DNA of 64,000 nt. Origin: Eledone cirrhosa. Taxonomy: Eukaryota. How positions within the stretch are numbered: the first letter of the stretch is position 1; every line of letters begins with the position of its first letter. Made by a program: the position numbers and the translations under genes. Location: the NCBI GenBank assembly GCA_964016885.1, contig OZ024748.1, positions 17,050,001 through 17,114,000 of the forward strand, given 5' to 3'. The notes below the pieces were generated by a model. It did no database searches. It saw only the letters and a program-made list of their open reading frames with translations, and had not been told where the DNA came from. This document shows, in pieces, positions 1 through 13,441 of the stretch.

Positions 1-721
1 GAGCCCCATAAAATAACATTCAATGCCATCCATTAGTGTTATGTATGCTCAACATACAACTGATTCAGAAACACAAAAATCTCTGAGTAAACAGGTTGAT
101 GGATTTCAACAGGTACAAGCTGTGTGTGTCTTTGATTGTAAGTGTGCAGTCTGGAAAGTGATATCCTCCAAGCATGAACAACCACCAGCAGGAAGTGTTA
201 CTTTACTAGAAATAGAGCATTCCTGACAGTTAGTTATAGTGTTCAAGTTATAAAGTCGATTAAACCATCTTAGCTTCCTCTTTCTCGTGTTTTTTATTAT
301 ATTAAGCTTCATTATCTCAATATTATCCTTGCAATATAATGTTTTCACAGTTCTTCCCAATAAATTTCATTACTAAGTAACACAGCGGTTTTTTTTTTAT
401 TAAATTAGGGACCAGATATACATAAGTTAAAAATCTTTTAGAATATTTCCACCAATAAATTATTTTTCAGCTCACATTTATGTATGTTTATTATCTCATT
501 TTATACACACACACACACATATATATATACATATTTACATATACATAAGCACACACACACTCTCACACGCACATTGATTTTTGTCTGTTTTTTACTATAT
601 ATGTTCTTTATCCTATTTCATACACACATATATATATACACACATAAATATACAGATACATCCACACACACACACATAAATATACACATAAATATGCACA
701 CACACAGTCACCCACCCACAA

Positions 722-763
<42 letters not shown>

Positions 764-1059
764 TATTTAACACTTAAAATTTGTTATCTTATTTCATACA
801 TTTACATAATATACATAAACATATGTACATACATACGTACATACATATGTATATACATATGTGTATATATATATATATATAGCTTCCTTTCAATTTACTC
901 TTAATTAAGTGGTCATAGAATGACACATTTTTCACATTTCTTACTATACAGTAATTCATTTATTATTTATATATTTATAACATTGTTCCTATATACACTC
1001 TTGTTTTTTTATTTTCTTATTGATATCATCTCTTTTAGACTTTAGTTTATACATACACA

Positions 1060-1329
1060 CACTTGTCTGTGCGTGTGTGTGTGTATATATATATGTATAT
1101 ATATATATATGTATATATGTATATATACACACACATATACATATGTATGTGTAGATATGTTTGTGTATATATGTATGTATGTATATGAATGTATGTATAT
1201 GAATGTATGTATGTGTATATGTATGAATATGTGTATGTATGTATGTAAATTTATGTATATGTATGTATATATATGTATATATATGTATATATATGTATGT
1301 ATATGTATATATATGTATATATATGTATA

Positions 1330-1422
<93 letters not shown>

Positions 1423-2157
1423 GTATATATGTATATGTATGTATGTATGTATATATATATGTATGTATGTATATATGTATATGTATGTATGTATGTATAT
1501 ATATATGTATGTATGTATATATGTATATGTATGTATGTATATGTATATATATCTGTATGTATATATATCTGTATGTATATATATATGTATGTATATATAT
1601 ATATGTATGTAAATTTATGTATATGTATGTATATATATGTATATATATATATGTATATGTATGTATATATATGTATATATGTATATGTATGTATGTATAT
1701 ATGTATGTATGTATATGTATATATGTATGTATGTATATGTATGTATGTATATATGTATGTATGTATATATGTATGTATGTATATGTATGTATGTATATAT
1801 GTATGTATGTATATATGTATGTATGTATATGTATATATGTATGTATGTATATGTATGTATGTATATATGTATGTATGTATATGTATGTATGTATATGTAT
1901 GTATGTATGTATATATATATATATATGTATGTATGTATATATATATATATGTATGCATGTATATATATATATATGTATGCATGTATATATATGTATGTAT
2001 ATATATATGTATGTATATGTATATATATGTATGTATATATATATGTATGTATATGTCTGTATATGTATATGTATGTATATATATATGTATGTATATATAT
2101 ATATATACATACATATATGTATGTATATATATATATATATGTATGTATATATATATG
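1060..2157. repeat. (TA)n/(TATG)n compound microsatellite
   Basis: Directly visible; abuts the 3' end of the R4-like element. Confidence 0.95.
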
Positions 2158-3983
2158 TTTTCTCTTTCTCTTAATTTTGAGTATATTTTTTGACCGGCCA
2201 CCTTCCTGGTGGCAAGGTTGTAAAAGAAAAGAAATTGTCATCCCTTGAATCGCAAGAATGTTTTGCAAATTTTGAAGGTGCCAGCTATCGCAGCCATTTG
2301 TAGACTATGAATTAGGGAGCTGCGCTTTTTGTCCGCAAATCCAAGTTCAGTCATACTTTGGTCCAAGCGGGTTGGTATATAACCCGTAGCACCAATAATG
2401 ATGGGTATGAAGCTAAAGGTGTATCTTGGATACTGGATTTGTAAACTCCTCATCAATGGTCCGTAGATGTCCTCCTTCTCCTGTATTTTTCTGACAACGT
2501 TTACATCAAGTGGGCAGCTGATCTCCACAACAGAACACATTTTCAATGTGTGGTCCCAAACTACAATATCAGGCCGGTTGTGCTTTAATTTGGTGGCAGT
2601 TTTTATTTTCAGGTTCCACCAGTATTCCTTAGTGCCATCTGTCTCAATATATTCTTCCTCGTTTGTTGTTGATTTTGTTTTCCGAAGTGCGTTCCAGATG
2701 GTTCTAGCTATCCCATCGTGTCTCATGGGGAGGTAGTAGCGAGATGACATTCTTTCGCAGCTGGCAACAATGTGGCTTACATCCTCGATCTTTGTTTTAC
2801 ATAGCCTACATTTATTGTCAGCTGCTGGCCCTCCTCTTTTGTGCAGCAGATATTTGGTAGGGAGTTCTTGTTCCTGTATTGCATAGAGATATCACTCAAG
2901 GTGTGATGTCATAAACTTGTCGGAACTCCATGCCAGGCTTTTTGAGTGGTTTATCCCCTCTATGGTCTGTGTTTTACGCCTCAAGTATCCATGCACAACT
3001 TTTTCTGTAAATTGGTCAATTTTTTTTTCTTGTTTGAACATTGAATAGGATCTTCCGATTTCTCTGGGTGAGAGATTTATATCGGGCTTTATTCCATATC
3101 TCTCCTCCAGATCAGTCGCTATTCTAATGATATTTCTTTTTTCATGGTCATAAACCTGGGCAAGATGGTTGCCAACCTTTTTCCTCTGTTGAAGGTGTTG
3201 CTTCAGTGTCACTATCCGGGTCTCATATGTTGTTAATATTGATTTTAGACCCCGGCCACCTTCCTTGCGTGAGAAGTATAGCCTATCCACATCACCATTG
3301 ATGTTAAAGTTCCCAGTAACACTGAGAAGTTTTCGAGTTCTAACATCCATCTCACTTAGTTCTTGCAATGACCAGTTCAGTAGGCCAAATGTTGGCGTTA
3401 GAATTGGCACAGCATAAGTATTGTGGGCAATGTATTTGTTGTATGCTGACAGTTCTGATGACCATATTTTCTTTACTCTTCTGAGGTATTCAGTTCTGGT
3501 TCTCTCCTTATTTATGGGTCCATCATATCTGACATTCTCATCCTGTCCAAGATATCTGTAGTTGTCACCTGACTGCAGAGGTTGTATTGTCAGGCCGTTC
3601 ATCTCTAGATTTCTAGAGGAGGGCACAGCTCTTCCACGTTTTACTGCCAAATATGCACACTTGGACTCACCAAATTTCATTTTGATGTCGGTTGAAAATT
3701 GTGTAATGAGGTCCAATTGTTTCTTGATGTCATTGATATTTGGCCCATACAACTTCAGGTCATCAACAAAGAAAAGATGGGAGATACTTCTGGTCCCACT
3801 TCTTTGTCGACCTTGTTTCCTGAGTAGGTAAGATAGTGGATTCAGTGAGAGAACGAAGAGTAGCACTGACAAGCTATCACCCTGAAAGATGCCCTTCTGG
3901 TAATGTATCTTATCAGTCTTAACCTGCTCCTTCTCACCTCTAAGGATCAAACTGGTGTACCAGTTCTTGGTCAGGTGTTCAAC
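2158..3983 (-). mobile_element. 5'-truncated RLE-type non-LTR retrotransposon (R4/Dong-like): RT C-half, CCHC knuckle, PD-(D/E)xK endonuclease, ~80 nt 3' UTR
   Basis: Translation gives [45 protein letters not shown]-x7-H-x4-C, RHD, RPDIVVWD..VVEISCP. ORFs 2892..(3983) and 2238..2750 are in the same frame, separated only by one TGA at 2892-2894 (HLE*YLYAIQEQ). Confidence 0.92.
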
Positions 3984-4097
3984 ATGTATGTATATATATA
4001 TATATGTATGTATATATGTATGTATGTATATATATATGTATGTATGTATATATATATGTATGTATGTATATATGTATGTATATATATATGTATGTAT

Positions 4098-4152
<55 letters not shown>

Positions 4153-4195
4153 TGTATGTATATATATATATGTATGTATATATATATATGTATGT

Positions 4196-4236
<41 letters not shown>

Positions 4237-4289
4237 TATATGTATGTATATATATATATGTATGTATATATATATATGTATGTATATAT

Positions 4290-4330
<41 letters not shown>

Positions 4331-4362
4331 TATGTATATATATATATATGTATATATATATG

Positions 4363-4393
<31 letters not shown>

Positions 4394-4462
4394 GTATATA
4401 TATATGTATATATATATATATGTATATATATATGTATATATATATATATGTATATATATATG

Positions 4463-4515
<53 letters not shown>

Positions 4516-4580
4516 GTATATATATATGTATATATATATATATGTATATATATATGTATATATATATGTATATATATATG

Positions 4581-4613
<33 letters not shown>

Positions 4614-4905
4614 GTATATATATATGTATATATATATGTATATATATATGTATATATATATGTATATATATATATATATGTATGTATATATATATATATG
4701 TATGTATATATATATATGTATGTATATATATATATGTATGTATATATATATGTATATATATATATATATGTATGTATATATATATATATGTATGTATATA
4801 TATATATGTATGTATATATATATATGTATGTATATATATATATGTATGTATATATATATATATGTATGTATATATATATATGTATGTATATATATATATG
4901 TATGT

Positions 4906-4946
<41 letters not shown>

Positions 4947-5038
4947 TATATGTATGTATATATATATATATGTATGTATATATATATATATGTATATATA
5001 TATGTATGTATATATATATATGTATATATATATGTATG

Positions 5039-5078
<40 letters not shown>

Positions 5079-6248
5079 TGTATGTATATATATATGTATG
5101 TATATATATATGTATGTATATATATATGTATGTATATATATATATATATTGGCCTGGGCCAATACTGGCCAAAACATTTCAAAGTTATTCAAAGTTATGT
5201 ATGTATATATATATGTATGTATATATATATGTATGTATATATATATATATGTATGTATATATGTATGTATGTATGTATATATATATGTATGTATATGTAT
5301 GTATGTATATGTATGTATACGTATGTGTATGTATGTATATGGATGTATCTATGTATCTATATCTATGTATGCATATATATATATATATATATGTATATGT
5401 ATGTATGTATATATGTATATGTATGTATCTATATATATATATGAATTTTTTTAGTATTTTATGATAACATAATTTGAAAATAAAATGAAAAAAAAACCTG
5501 CAAAAACAATCTCTGTTTAGTGAAGTTATATTTGGAAACTGTTCAGTTGATAGTTTCAATAAAACACCCTTTCTTTCACATTTTACCATTCCTTTTGTTA
5601 GGCTCTATTGTTCCACAAAGCTTATTCTTTCATTTTGTGTTTCCTAGTGAACTCTTGTATATACATATATATTGTATATACACATATATATATATCTTTC
5701 TCTCTCGCTACCCTCCCCTTTCTTTCTCTCTCTCTCTATACATGTGTGTGCATATATATGTGTGTATATTTATGTATATTTATGTGTATTTATGTGTATA
5801 TGTGTGTAGGTATATATATGTGTATGTGTATATGTGTATAAATGTATGTGTATCTATGTGTATATGTATATATGTGTATCTATGTGTATATGTATATATG
5901 TGTATATGTATATACATATATGTATGTATATATATATATGTGTATATATATATATATATGTATGTGTAGATGTATATATGTAGATGTGTATATATATATA
6001 TATATATGTGTATATATGTATATATATATATGTGTATATATGCATATATGAATATGTATATATGTGTATATGTATATATGTGTGTATATATGTGTGTATA
6101 TATATGTGTGTATGTATATATATGTGTGTGTATATGTATATATATATGTGTGTATATATGTATATATATATGTGTATATGTATATATATATATGTGTATA
6201 TATATATATGTGTATATATATGTGTATATGTATATATATGTGTATATA

Positions 6249-6279
<31 letters not shown>

Positions 6280-6689
6280 GTGTGTATATATATATATATA
6301 TATGTGTGTATATATATATATATATATGTGTATATGTATATATGTGTATATGTATATATGTGTATATGTATATATGTATATGTGTATATGTATATATGTA
6401 TATATGTATATGTGTATATATGTATATGTGTATATATATGTATATGTGTATATATATGTATATGTGTATATATATGTATATGTGTATATATATGTATATG
6501 TGTATATATATGTATATATGTATGTGTATATATATGTATATATGTATATGTATGCATTTGTGTATATATGTATGTATATATATATATGCATGTAGGTATA
6601 TGTATGCATGTATGTGTATATATATGTATGTATATATATATATGTATATATATGCATGTATGTATGTATATATATGTATTTATAGGTAT

Positions 6690-6730
<41 letters not shown>

Positions 6731-7103
6731 CATCATCATCATATCTATGTACATATATGTATAAGTGTATTTATATATATGTGTACTTATATGTATGTGT
6801 ATATATATATATATATGTACATATATGTATGTGTATATATATATATGTACATATATGTATGTGTATATATATATATGTACATATATGTATGTATATATAT
6901 ATATATATATGTATAAGTGTCTATATGTACATATATGTATGTGTATATATATATATGTGTGGATATATGTGTATATATATATGTGTGTATATATGTATAT
7001 ATATGTTTTTATATGTATATATATATGTGTATATATGTGTAGGTATATATATATGTATATGTATGTATATGTGTATATAAATATATATATGTATGTATAT
7101 GTG

Positions 7104-7142
<39 letters not shown>

Positions 7143-7185
7143 GTATATTGATGTATGTGTATGTATGTATGTATATGTATGTATA
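3984..7185. repeat. Large (TA)n/(TATG)n/(TATGTG)n microsatellite field with short unique islands
   Basis: Directly visible; source of the YIYI/MYVY ORFs. Confidence 0.95.
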
Positions 7186-7398
7186 CGTTATTTTATGAAA
7201 TTCCAAGGAGAGTTAATTTGCTAAAATCTTATCTTTTCATCTATCACAAAAAAAAAAAGTTTTCTCATTTTCTTTAAACAATTTTTCCCAGAAGTTTTAC
7301 CGTATCTTTGATTTTCTTGTTATGTATACATAAATTGTATATGTATATGTGTCCCGGTCCTTTTATGTCCTCTCTTTGCTTGTACGTGTTCGATACAT

Positions 7399-7426
<28 letters not shown>

Positions 7427-7435
<9 letters not shown>

Positions 7436-7997
7436 AATTAGTCCCTCATCAGTGATTTGCCAACGATCATTGGTATTTCACCGCATTAAAAATCATATAC
7501 CTCACGTTGGTGCGAGCAGTAACTAAGATAAGCTATTGGGACAAATGAAACGCATAAAGCGAGTGAGACAAATAAACAACATCGAAGAAAGGCTAACCGA
7601 AGATGGGAAGAAAACAAGCAACATGGTTATTCGATCAGCGTAAGCTGGGTGAATTCATGAGCGCTTAGCAAACAGATTTTTCGCTGTGAATGGGATGTGA
7701 GAAAGAAAGATCCGACTCCTAGCGAACGGGAGGAAGTGAGAAGGGGAGAAACAGAGAGTGAGTGAGTGGAAGTGCGAGGAAGAGGTCAGTCGAGAGAAAG
7801 TGTTACTTGTTTTCTTCCCATCTTCGGTTAGCCTTTCTTCAATGTTGTTTACTTGTCTCACTCGCTTTACGTGTTTCACTTGTCCCAATACCTTATTTTA
7901 GTTATTGCTCGCACCAACGTGAGGTATATGATTTTTAACGCGATGAAATACCAATGATCGTTGGCAAATCACTGATGAGGGACTAATTTTATAATAT
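7427..7997. repeat. ~197 bp inverted repeat (7427-7623 / 7801-7997) with ~177 bp spacer; probable Penelope-like fragment
   Basis: Arms read as reverse complements (TATAAAATTAGTCCCTCATCAG...AAAACAAGCAACA); related single copy at ~8690-8800; left arm flanked by (TA)n. Confidence 0.85.
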
Positions 7998-8505
7998 GTA
8001 ATCCATGTGCAACCATGTAGTATTCTTCTCCCCATATTTTTCATATATATATATATATTATTAGTACATAAGGACAGACACTGGTCTCTGGGAGACGCAG
8101 GACATAGCAGCAATGATTAAGACAAGACCGCTGGAGAGAACTTATACATGGATCTTGGGAATTTTACTTTCCCTAAATAGATTGCTTAAAATTTAATCTC
8201 TAATAATAATCTAAATGTTTCTGCTTTCATCCTTTTACAAGATCTTCTGAGTCAATCTGTTTATGCCGGAGTAAATATTGAAATATTTACTCCAGAATCT
8301 GAAGATTTTAAGTATATATAATTGATTGAGTTTTCTCAGTTTCAGAAGAACCTGTAATAGTGTGAAAGCAAAAATTCTTCGTTTAACCTTCAATCTGTAA
8401 TAATAATAAATATTTGCTCACTGGATTTATATACATGTTTTATATATATATATATATATATACAATATATTAACAAATGGAAACTATATTTATAAAACCA
8501 TATTT

Positions 8506-8569
8506 ATTTTATTATACATATTTCAAGGGCCACCAAGGCAAATAATGGTGCGCTTTCATCAGATAAAAT
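8506..8569 (-). ncRNA. Type-I hammerhead ribozyme motif, family A
   Basis: ATTTTAT-CTGATGA-[AAGCGCACCA..TGGTGGCCCTT]-GAA-ATATGTAT-A-ATAAAAT: core intact, perfect 7-bp stem I. Confidence 0.75.
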
Positions 8570-8647
8570 ACAATACAGATTAGTTTTATAAATAAATAAA
8601 TATTGACATACCCTGAAAATAGACAACCTTAATGGTTGGAGCTTCCT

Positions 8648-8682
<35 letters not shown>

Positions 8683-8802
8683 AGAAACGGGACTGTCCAT
8701 CATCAATGATCTACTGACTTTCATTAGTATTTCCTCGCATTAAAGACCAGATACCTCAAAATCAGTGCGAGCAATAACTAAAATAAGTTATTGGGACAGA
8801 GC

Positions 8803-8853
<51 letters not shown>

Positions 8854-9202
8854 GGAGGCACATGGCTTAGTGGTTAGAGCATTGGCCTTGCAATCGAAAG
8901 GTTGTGAGTTCAATTCTCAGACCGGGTGATGTGTTGTGTCCTTGAGCAAGACACTTTATTTCACATTGCTCCAGTTTATTCAGCTGTAGAAATGAGATGA
9001 TAGGGACTGGGGTCTCTATCATTCCACTGCAAAGTGGTCGTGGAGGTGCCACGGCAAAAAAGCACCCAGCACTCACTGTAAATGAGGTTGGTGTTAGGAA
9101 GGGCATCCAGCTGTAGAAATCAAGCCAAAAATCAGTTCCCGTCCCACCCTTGCAAGCAGGGAAAAGCGGACGTAAAAATGAAATGAAAATGAATGAAATG
9201 AA
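8854..9202 (+). mobile_element. tRNA-derived SINE family 1 with RTE-derived tail
   Basis: A box TGGCTTAGTGG, B box GAGTTCAATTC, tail CCCACCCTTGCAAGCAGGGAAAAGCGGACGTAAAA(TGA)n. Confidence 0.9.
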
Positions 9203-9226
9203 TATATATATATATATATATATATA

Positions 9227-9390
9227 TTTTATAGAAGGAGCTTCTACAGGACTAGTACTGTTTCATCTGAATGAAACAGTACTAGTCCTGTAGAAGCTCC
9301 TTCTATAAAATAAAAAAATTTTACTCTGCCATGTATTGAGTACCTTACTTACTGTGGTTATCCCCGACTCAACCCGGGACCTACGTATAT
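9227..9390 (+). mobile_element. Penelope-like 3' fragment beginning with a perfect 40-bp-stem hairpin (9227-9310)
   Basis: TTTTATAGAAGGAGCTTCTACAGGACTAGTACTGTTTCAT-ctga-exact reverse complement; GTATTGAGTAC motif shared with family C. Confidence 0.6.
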
Positions 9391-9780
9391 ATATATATAT
9401 ATATATATACAATCCTTATTGAGCCCTCTTCGGATTTTAGTCTTATCATTATTGGTCTAATTATTATTACTATGTTATCATCATCACTGTTTAACATCCA
9501 CCTTCCATGCTAGCATGGGTGAGACGGGTTATCCCATTTGAGGCAGGTTGGGTCAGGTGACCATATCCTGCTCATACACAATTGTTTCTGGCTATGTGTA
9601 TGTGTGTATATGTTTATATATATATTTAGTTATATATGTACATTTACTTCTGTGTATATGTTTATATATATATATATGTATTTATATAACCAAAGATTAA
9701 TATGGTTCATTGATTACTCAACGAATACAGTTTTACAATAGACTAGAAGCAGTCAACAGTAGAGTTTTCCTGGAGTTATT

Positions 9781-10121
9781 AATATTATTCAAAATATTAA
9801 GAAATGAAAAATATTCACATAATCAAAATATATACTTTATTATATATATTTCAAAGGTACTGTGCTGTTTTTTCAGTACGTCCTCATCAAACAAAATATA
9901 TGATTTGATTTATGACATACCGCTACGGTCTTGATTATTCAATTCCCGTATTGAATAATTCCAGGAATTGAATAATCAAGACCGTAGCGGTATGTCATAT
10001 ATCAAATCATATATTTTGTCTGATGAGGATGTACTGAAAAAAACAGCTTTGAAATATATATAATAAAGTATATATTTTGATTATGCGAATATTTTTCATT
10101 TGTTAACATTTTTAATAATAT
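9781..10121. mobile_element. Fold-back element with two inverted hammerhead motifs (9834-9897 minus; 10013-10069 plus), diverged family A
   Basis: Arms ~9781-9946 / 9964-10121; ATTTTGT-(C/T)TGATGA-stemII-GAA-ATATATAT-A-ATAAAGT. Confidence 0.75.
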
Positions 10122-10744
10122 GTATTTATATACATATATAGATACATATCATGTAGATCAACAACACAAAGTTTCATTGATCTACATGATATACGTACTC
10201 TGGCCACACTGTAAAGTGGTTGGTGGTATGACATTTCTTGGGTGTTTTAACGTTAGAGACCCAATCCTATCATAAAACACTATGTGAAATGAATTTTTCT
10301 TCAGAACACAACACGTTGCCCTGTCCCGAAATCAAATCCAAGACTTTATGACCACGAGCCCAACAGTTTAACCTCTTGTCCATATCTATGCAAACCCTCT
10401 GCAGCTTATTCTAAAAGTCATTTTTTTCTCTGGAGATTTCTCAATCAGAATTTGTTAGAAACTTCTTGCAACTGACACAAGAATCATTTCAGTTAGACCT
10501 TTCCTCAACCATATTTCTCTTCAAAATCTAAGATTTTAAAATAATTTTGCGAAATAATCAAGAATTTGGAGGGTTTTAGTAACATAACTATAGCTGATGT
10601 TTGAACTATTATTTAACCATTTCACTTCCATATTTCTGAGGAATGACGACACCTATAGGGTTTTTGAATAATTTTGAAAATAATTAAGAATTTAAATGAC
10701 TTTAGTAATACAACTAATTTTCTCATTATTAAGCTGGTGTTTAA

Positions 10745-10965
10745 CCCTTTAGCATTTAAACCGTCCATATCCGGCCAGAATTCTCTCACCTCTTTCTGTT
10801 CAAACTGGCCATAACTGGTCGCTTATACTGATGTTAAGGTATTGTTCTTAAAATAAATAACATCAAAATCTTGTAGATTCGATATTATGTGAGATAATTT
10901 TGCAAGATAAAGGCTTTACCACAAAAATACAATACTATGTATAGAGTAAGGTAACTCCTAAAGGG
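10745..10965. mobile_element. piggyBac-type MITE
   Basis: TTAA|CCCTTTAG...CTAAAGGG|TTAA; homologous copy at 61945-62385. Confidence 0.8.
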
Positions 10966-11209
10966 TTAAAACAAAAACTGCTTTGTATCTTAGAGATGAG
11001 GGTAATTTTGGGATCAGCTTGGTATCAAAAAGGTTAACCAAATATAATGGCTTTCAAAGACTGCACAAACACCTCTTTTTATTTTTAAGATTGGTTCAGT
11101 GCAGTGCAGTGCATAGGGTATCAACTTATTTGAAACCTGTTATAAACAAAGCTATTATTTACAGATATCTAACATAAAAAAAATTCAAAATTTCAAATAT
11201 CCATATACA

Positions 11210-11241
<32 letters not shown>

Positions 11242-11248
11242 TATATAC

Positions 11249-11301
<53 letters not shown>

Positions 11302-11368
11302 TTGGTTTGATATTTCTATTTAGTATTTATATATGTATATATATACATATACACACTCAGAGAGATAG

Positions 11369-11412
<44 letters not shown>

Positions 11413-12228
11413 ATGTATGTACCTGAATGATTACAAAATAATCAAGCAACTATTACAGTTGAATATATAAACAGTATTTGGTTTGCCAGCAATCTCAAAG
11501 AGTTCTGTAAACACTTTTAAAGTGAAGAAAAAAATCGAAAAACAAAGGACAAAGTAAAGGAGAACTCCAGTGCAGAATGTGACAGTAAAACACAACCGTT
11601 GTTAACACAAGTGTCTTTAATACAGAAACAATATATACAAACTCCATTTACAAATGGACTTGCAAATGATAGGTGTGTGCAATTCAGATCAACACATGCA
11701 TTAAGATAACTAGATAGACAAATATATTATTGTAAATATCAGACAGTGGAGAGAGGGAGAAGGAGTAAAAAAAAAAAACAGACACAGGCAAAATAGATAA
11801 TCTATCTAAAACTAAAACTAACAAGAGAGAATTCGTACATTAACCATGTTTTTTTTACCAAAACACAACTGACATTAAAATCACTGATACTAATACTAAC
11901 CATTTTCAAGCCATACATAAAAAAAAAGCCTGAACAAATATTTACATCACACTATATTTTTTCTTCCTTGAATTGTATTGTTTAAATAGTTTTCTAGGAT
12001 TAGGATTAGACTGTGGCCATGCTGAAGCAAGGTCAGTAATTGAATCAAGAGCCTCAACACCTCAAGCAGATGTTCTTAAATAATTGCAAGGCATCTCATT
12101 CAGGCTGATACCATTTTTACCACTCAACTTTGTTTTCTCTCACCTACCACTGGAACAAAAGGATGGCGTTGGTCATCTAACATGTGGTATTTATGAGGCT
12201 GTTTACATGCAAACAAACCGAATATTAA

Positions 12229-12335
12229 TAATTGTTTCTACATTAGGCACAAGGCCAGCAATTACTCAGTGTATTACTGGTACTTTATTTTATCGACCCC
12301 GTAAGGATGAAAGGCAAAGTTAACCTCGGCGGGAT
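12229..12335 (-). mobile_element. SINE family 2, 3' half
   Basis: Reverse complement of GCCTTTCATCCTTACGGGGTCGATAAAATAAAGTACCAG...GGCCTTGTGCCTAA. Confidence 0.85.
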
Positions 12336-12520
12336 ATAAACCGAATATTAATAATATTATGATATTATAATATTATTATTCATTCACGAATACATTTAGG
12401 TATCCACCATGTTAAGAGCGAAAACATTTTGATTTTTAGTTTTCGGCAAAGCCGGTTGTGAAATGGCTCAGTATGTAAATGAGGTTAACTATCCACTCTA
12501 CAGATTTGTGAATACTATAT

Positions 12521-12706
12521 ATTGGATTGGCAGTATCGGTAGAGGGTCGGACGCCATGCTTTCCAGCATAGTTACGTCCCTTTATGATCTGAGTTCAAAT
12601 CCCGCCGAGGTTGACTTTGCCTTTCATCCTTACGGGGTCGATAAAATAAAGTACCAGTAATGCACTGGTTAATTGCTGGCCTTGTGCCTAAAGTAGAAAC
12701 AATTAT
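12521..12706 (+). mobile_element. tRNA-derived SINE family 2 (central domain resembles Nin/Deu-type SINEs)
   Basis: TTGGCAGTATCGG A box, GAGTTCAAATCCC B box, GCCTTTCATCCTTACGGGGTCGATAAAATAAAGTACCAG core. Confidence 0.88.
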
Positions 12707-12958
12707 ATATTCTGAGCAGTTCCAGTGTTTAGCAGTGAGGAAAATACACAATGTTGATATGGAGCAAGACACTGGAAAACAATTGTCGATTATGTTCTCT
12801 CAGCTACTGCTGGAACAAAAGGATGACGTTATCATCTAACACGTGTTTATGAGGCTGTTTGCTTGCAAACAAACACAATATTATAATTGTTTCTACTTTA
12901 GGCACAAGGCCAGCAATTACCCAGTGCATTACTTAATATTATGATATTATTCACATAT

Positions 12959-13150
12959 GGTGGATTGGCAGTATCGGTAGAAGGTTGGAAGCCATGCTTT
13001 GCAGCAATGAGTTACACCTCTTTACAGTCTGAGTTCAAATCCTGCTGAGCTTAACTTTGCCTTTCATCCTTACGGGGTCAATAAAATAAAGCACCAGTAA
13101 TGTACTGGGATAATTGCTGGCTCTGTACCAAAAGTAGAAACAATTATTAT
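12959..13150 (+). mobile_element. SINE family 2
   Basis: Same motifs as 12521-12706. Confidence 0.85.
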
Positions 13151-13156
13151 TCACAT

Positions 13157-13441
13157 TTCTCAGTCTGGGTGATGTGTTGTTTCCTTGAGCAAGACACTTT
13201 ATTTCACATTGCTCCAGTTTACTCAGCTGTAGAAATGAGATGATAGGGACTGGGGTCCATATCATTCCACTGCAAAGTGGTCGTGCAGGTGCCACGGCAA
13301 AAAAGCACCCAGCACTCACTGTAAATGAGGTTGGTGTTAGGAAGGGCATTCAGCTGTAAAAATCAAGCCAGAATCAGTTCCTGTCCCACCCTTGCAAGCA
13401 GGGAAAAGCGGACGTAAAATGAAATGATGATGAATGATGAT
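13157..13441 (+). mobile_element. SINE family 1, 5'-truncated
   Basis: Matches 8854-9202 from the B box onward. Confidence 0.88.

Noticed and set aside
1-360. Short ORFs at window start
   Set aside because: No recognisable domain or convincing splice structure
2892-2894. In-frame TGA as selenocysteine or programmed read-through
   Set aside because: Best explained as a single GGA>TGA mutation in a 5'-truncated copy; no SECIS seen
989-7206. Long YIYI/MYVY/HTY ORFs, including the N-terminal ~400 aa of ORF 2892..5192
   Set aside because: Translations of stop-free (TA)n/(TATG)n microsatellites; only 2238-3983 is genuine coding remnant
8857-8928. tRNA genes
   Set aside because: tRNA-like heads continue into SINE bodies and lack a proper acceptor stem
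8867-9106. Recurrent 79-aa ORF MPFLTPTSFTVSAG.. (also 13035, 32566, 33218, 53833, 56538)
   Set aside because: Antisense reading of SINE family 1; recurrence reflects repeat copy number, not a gene family
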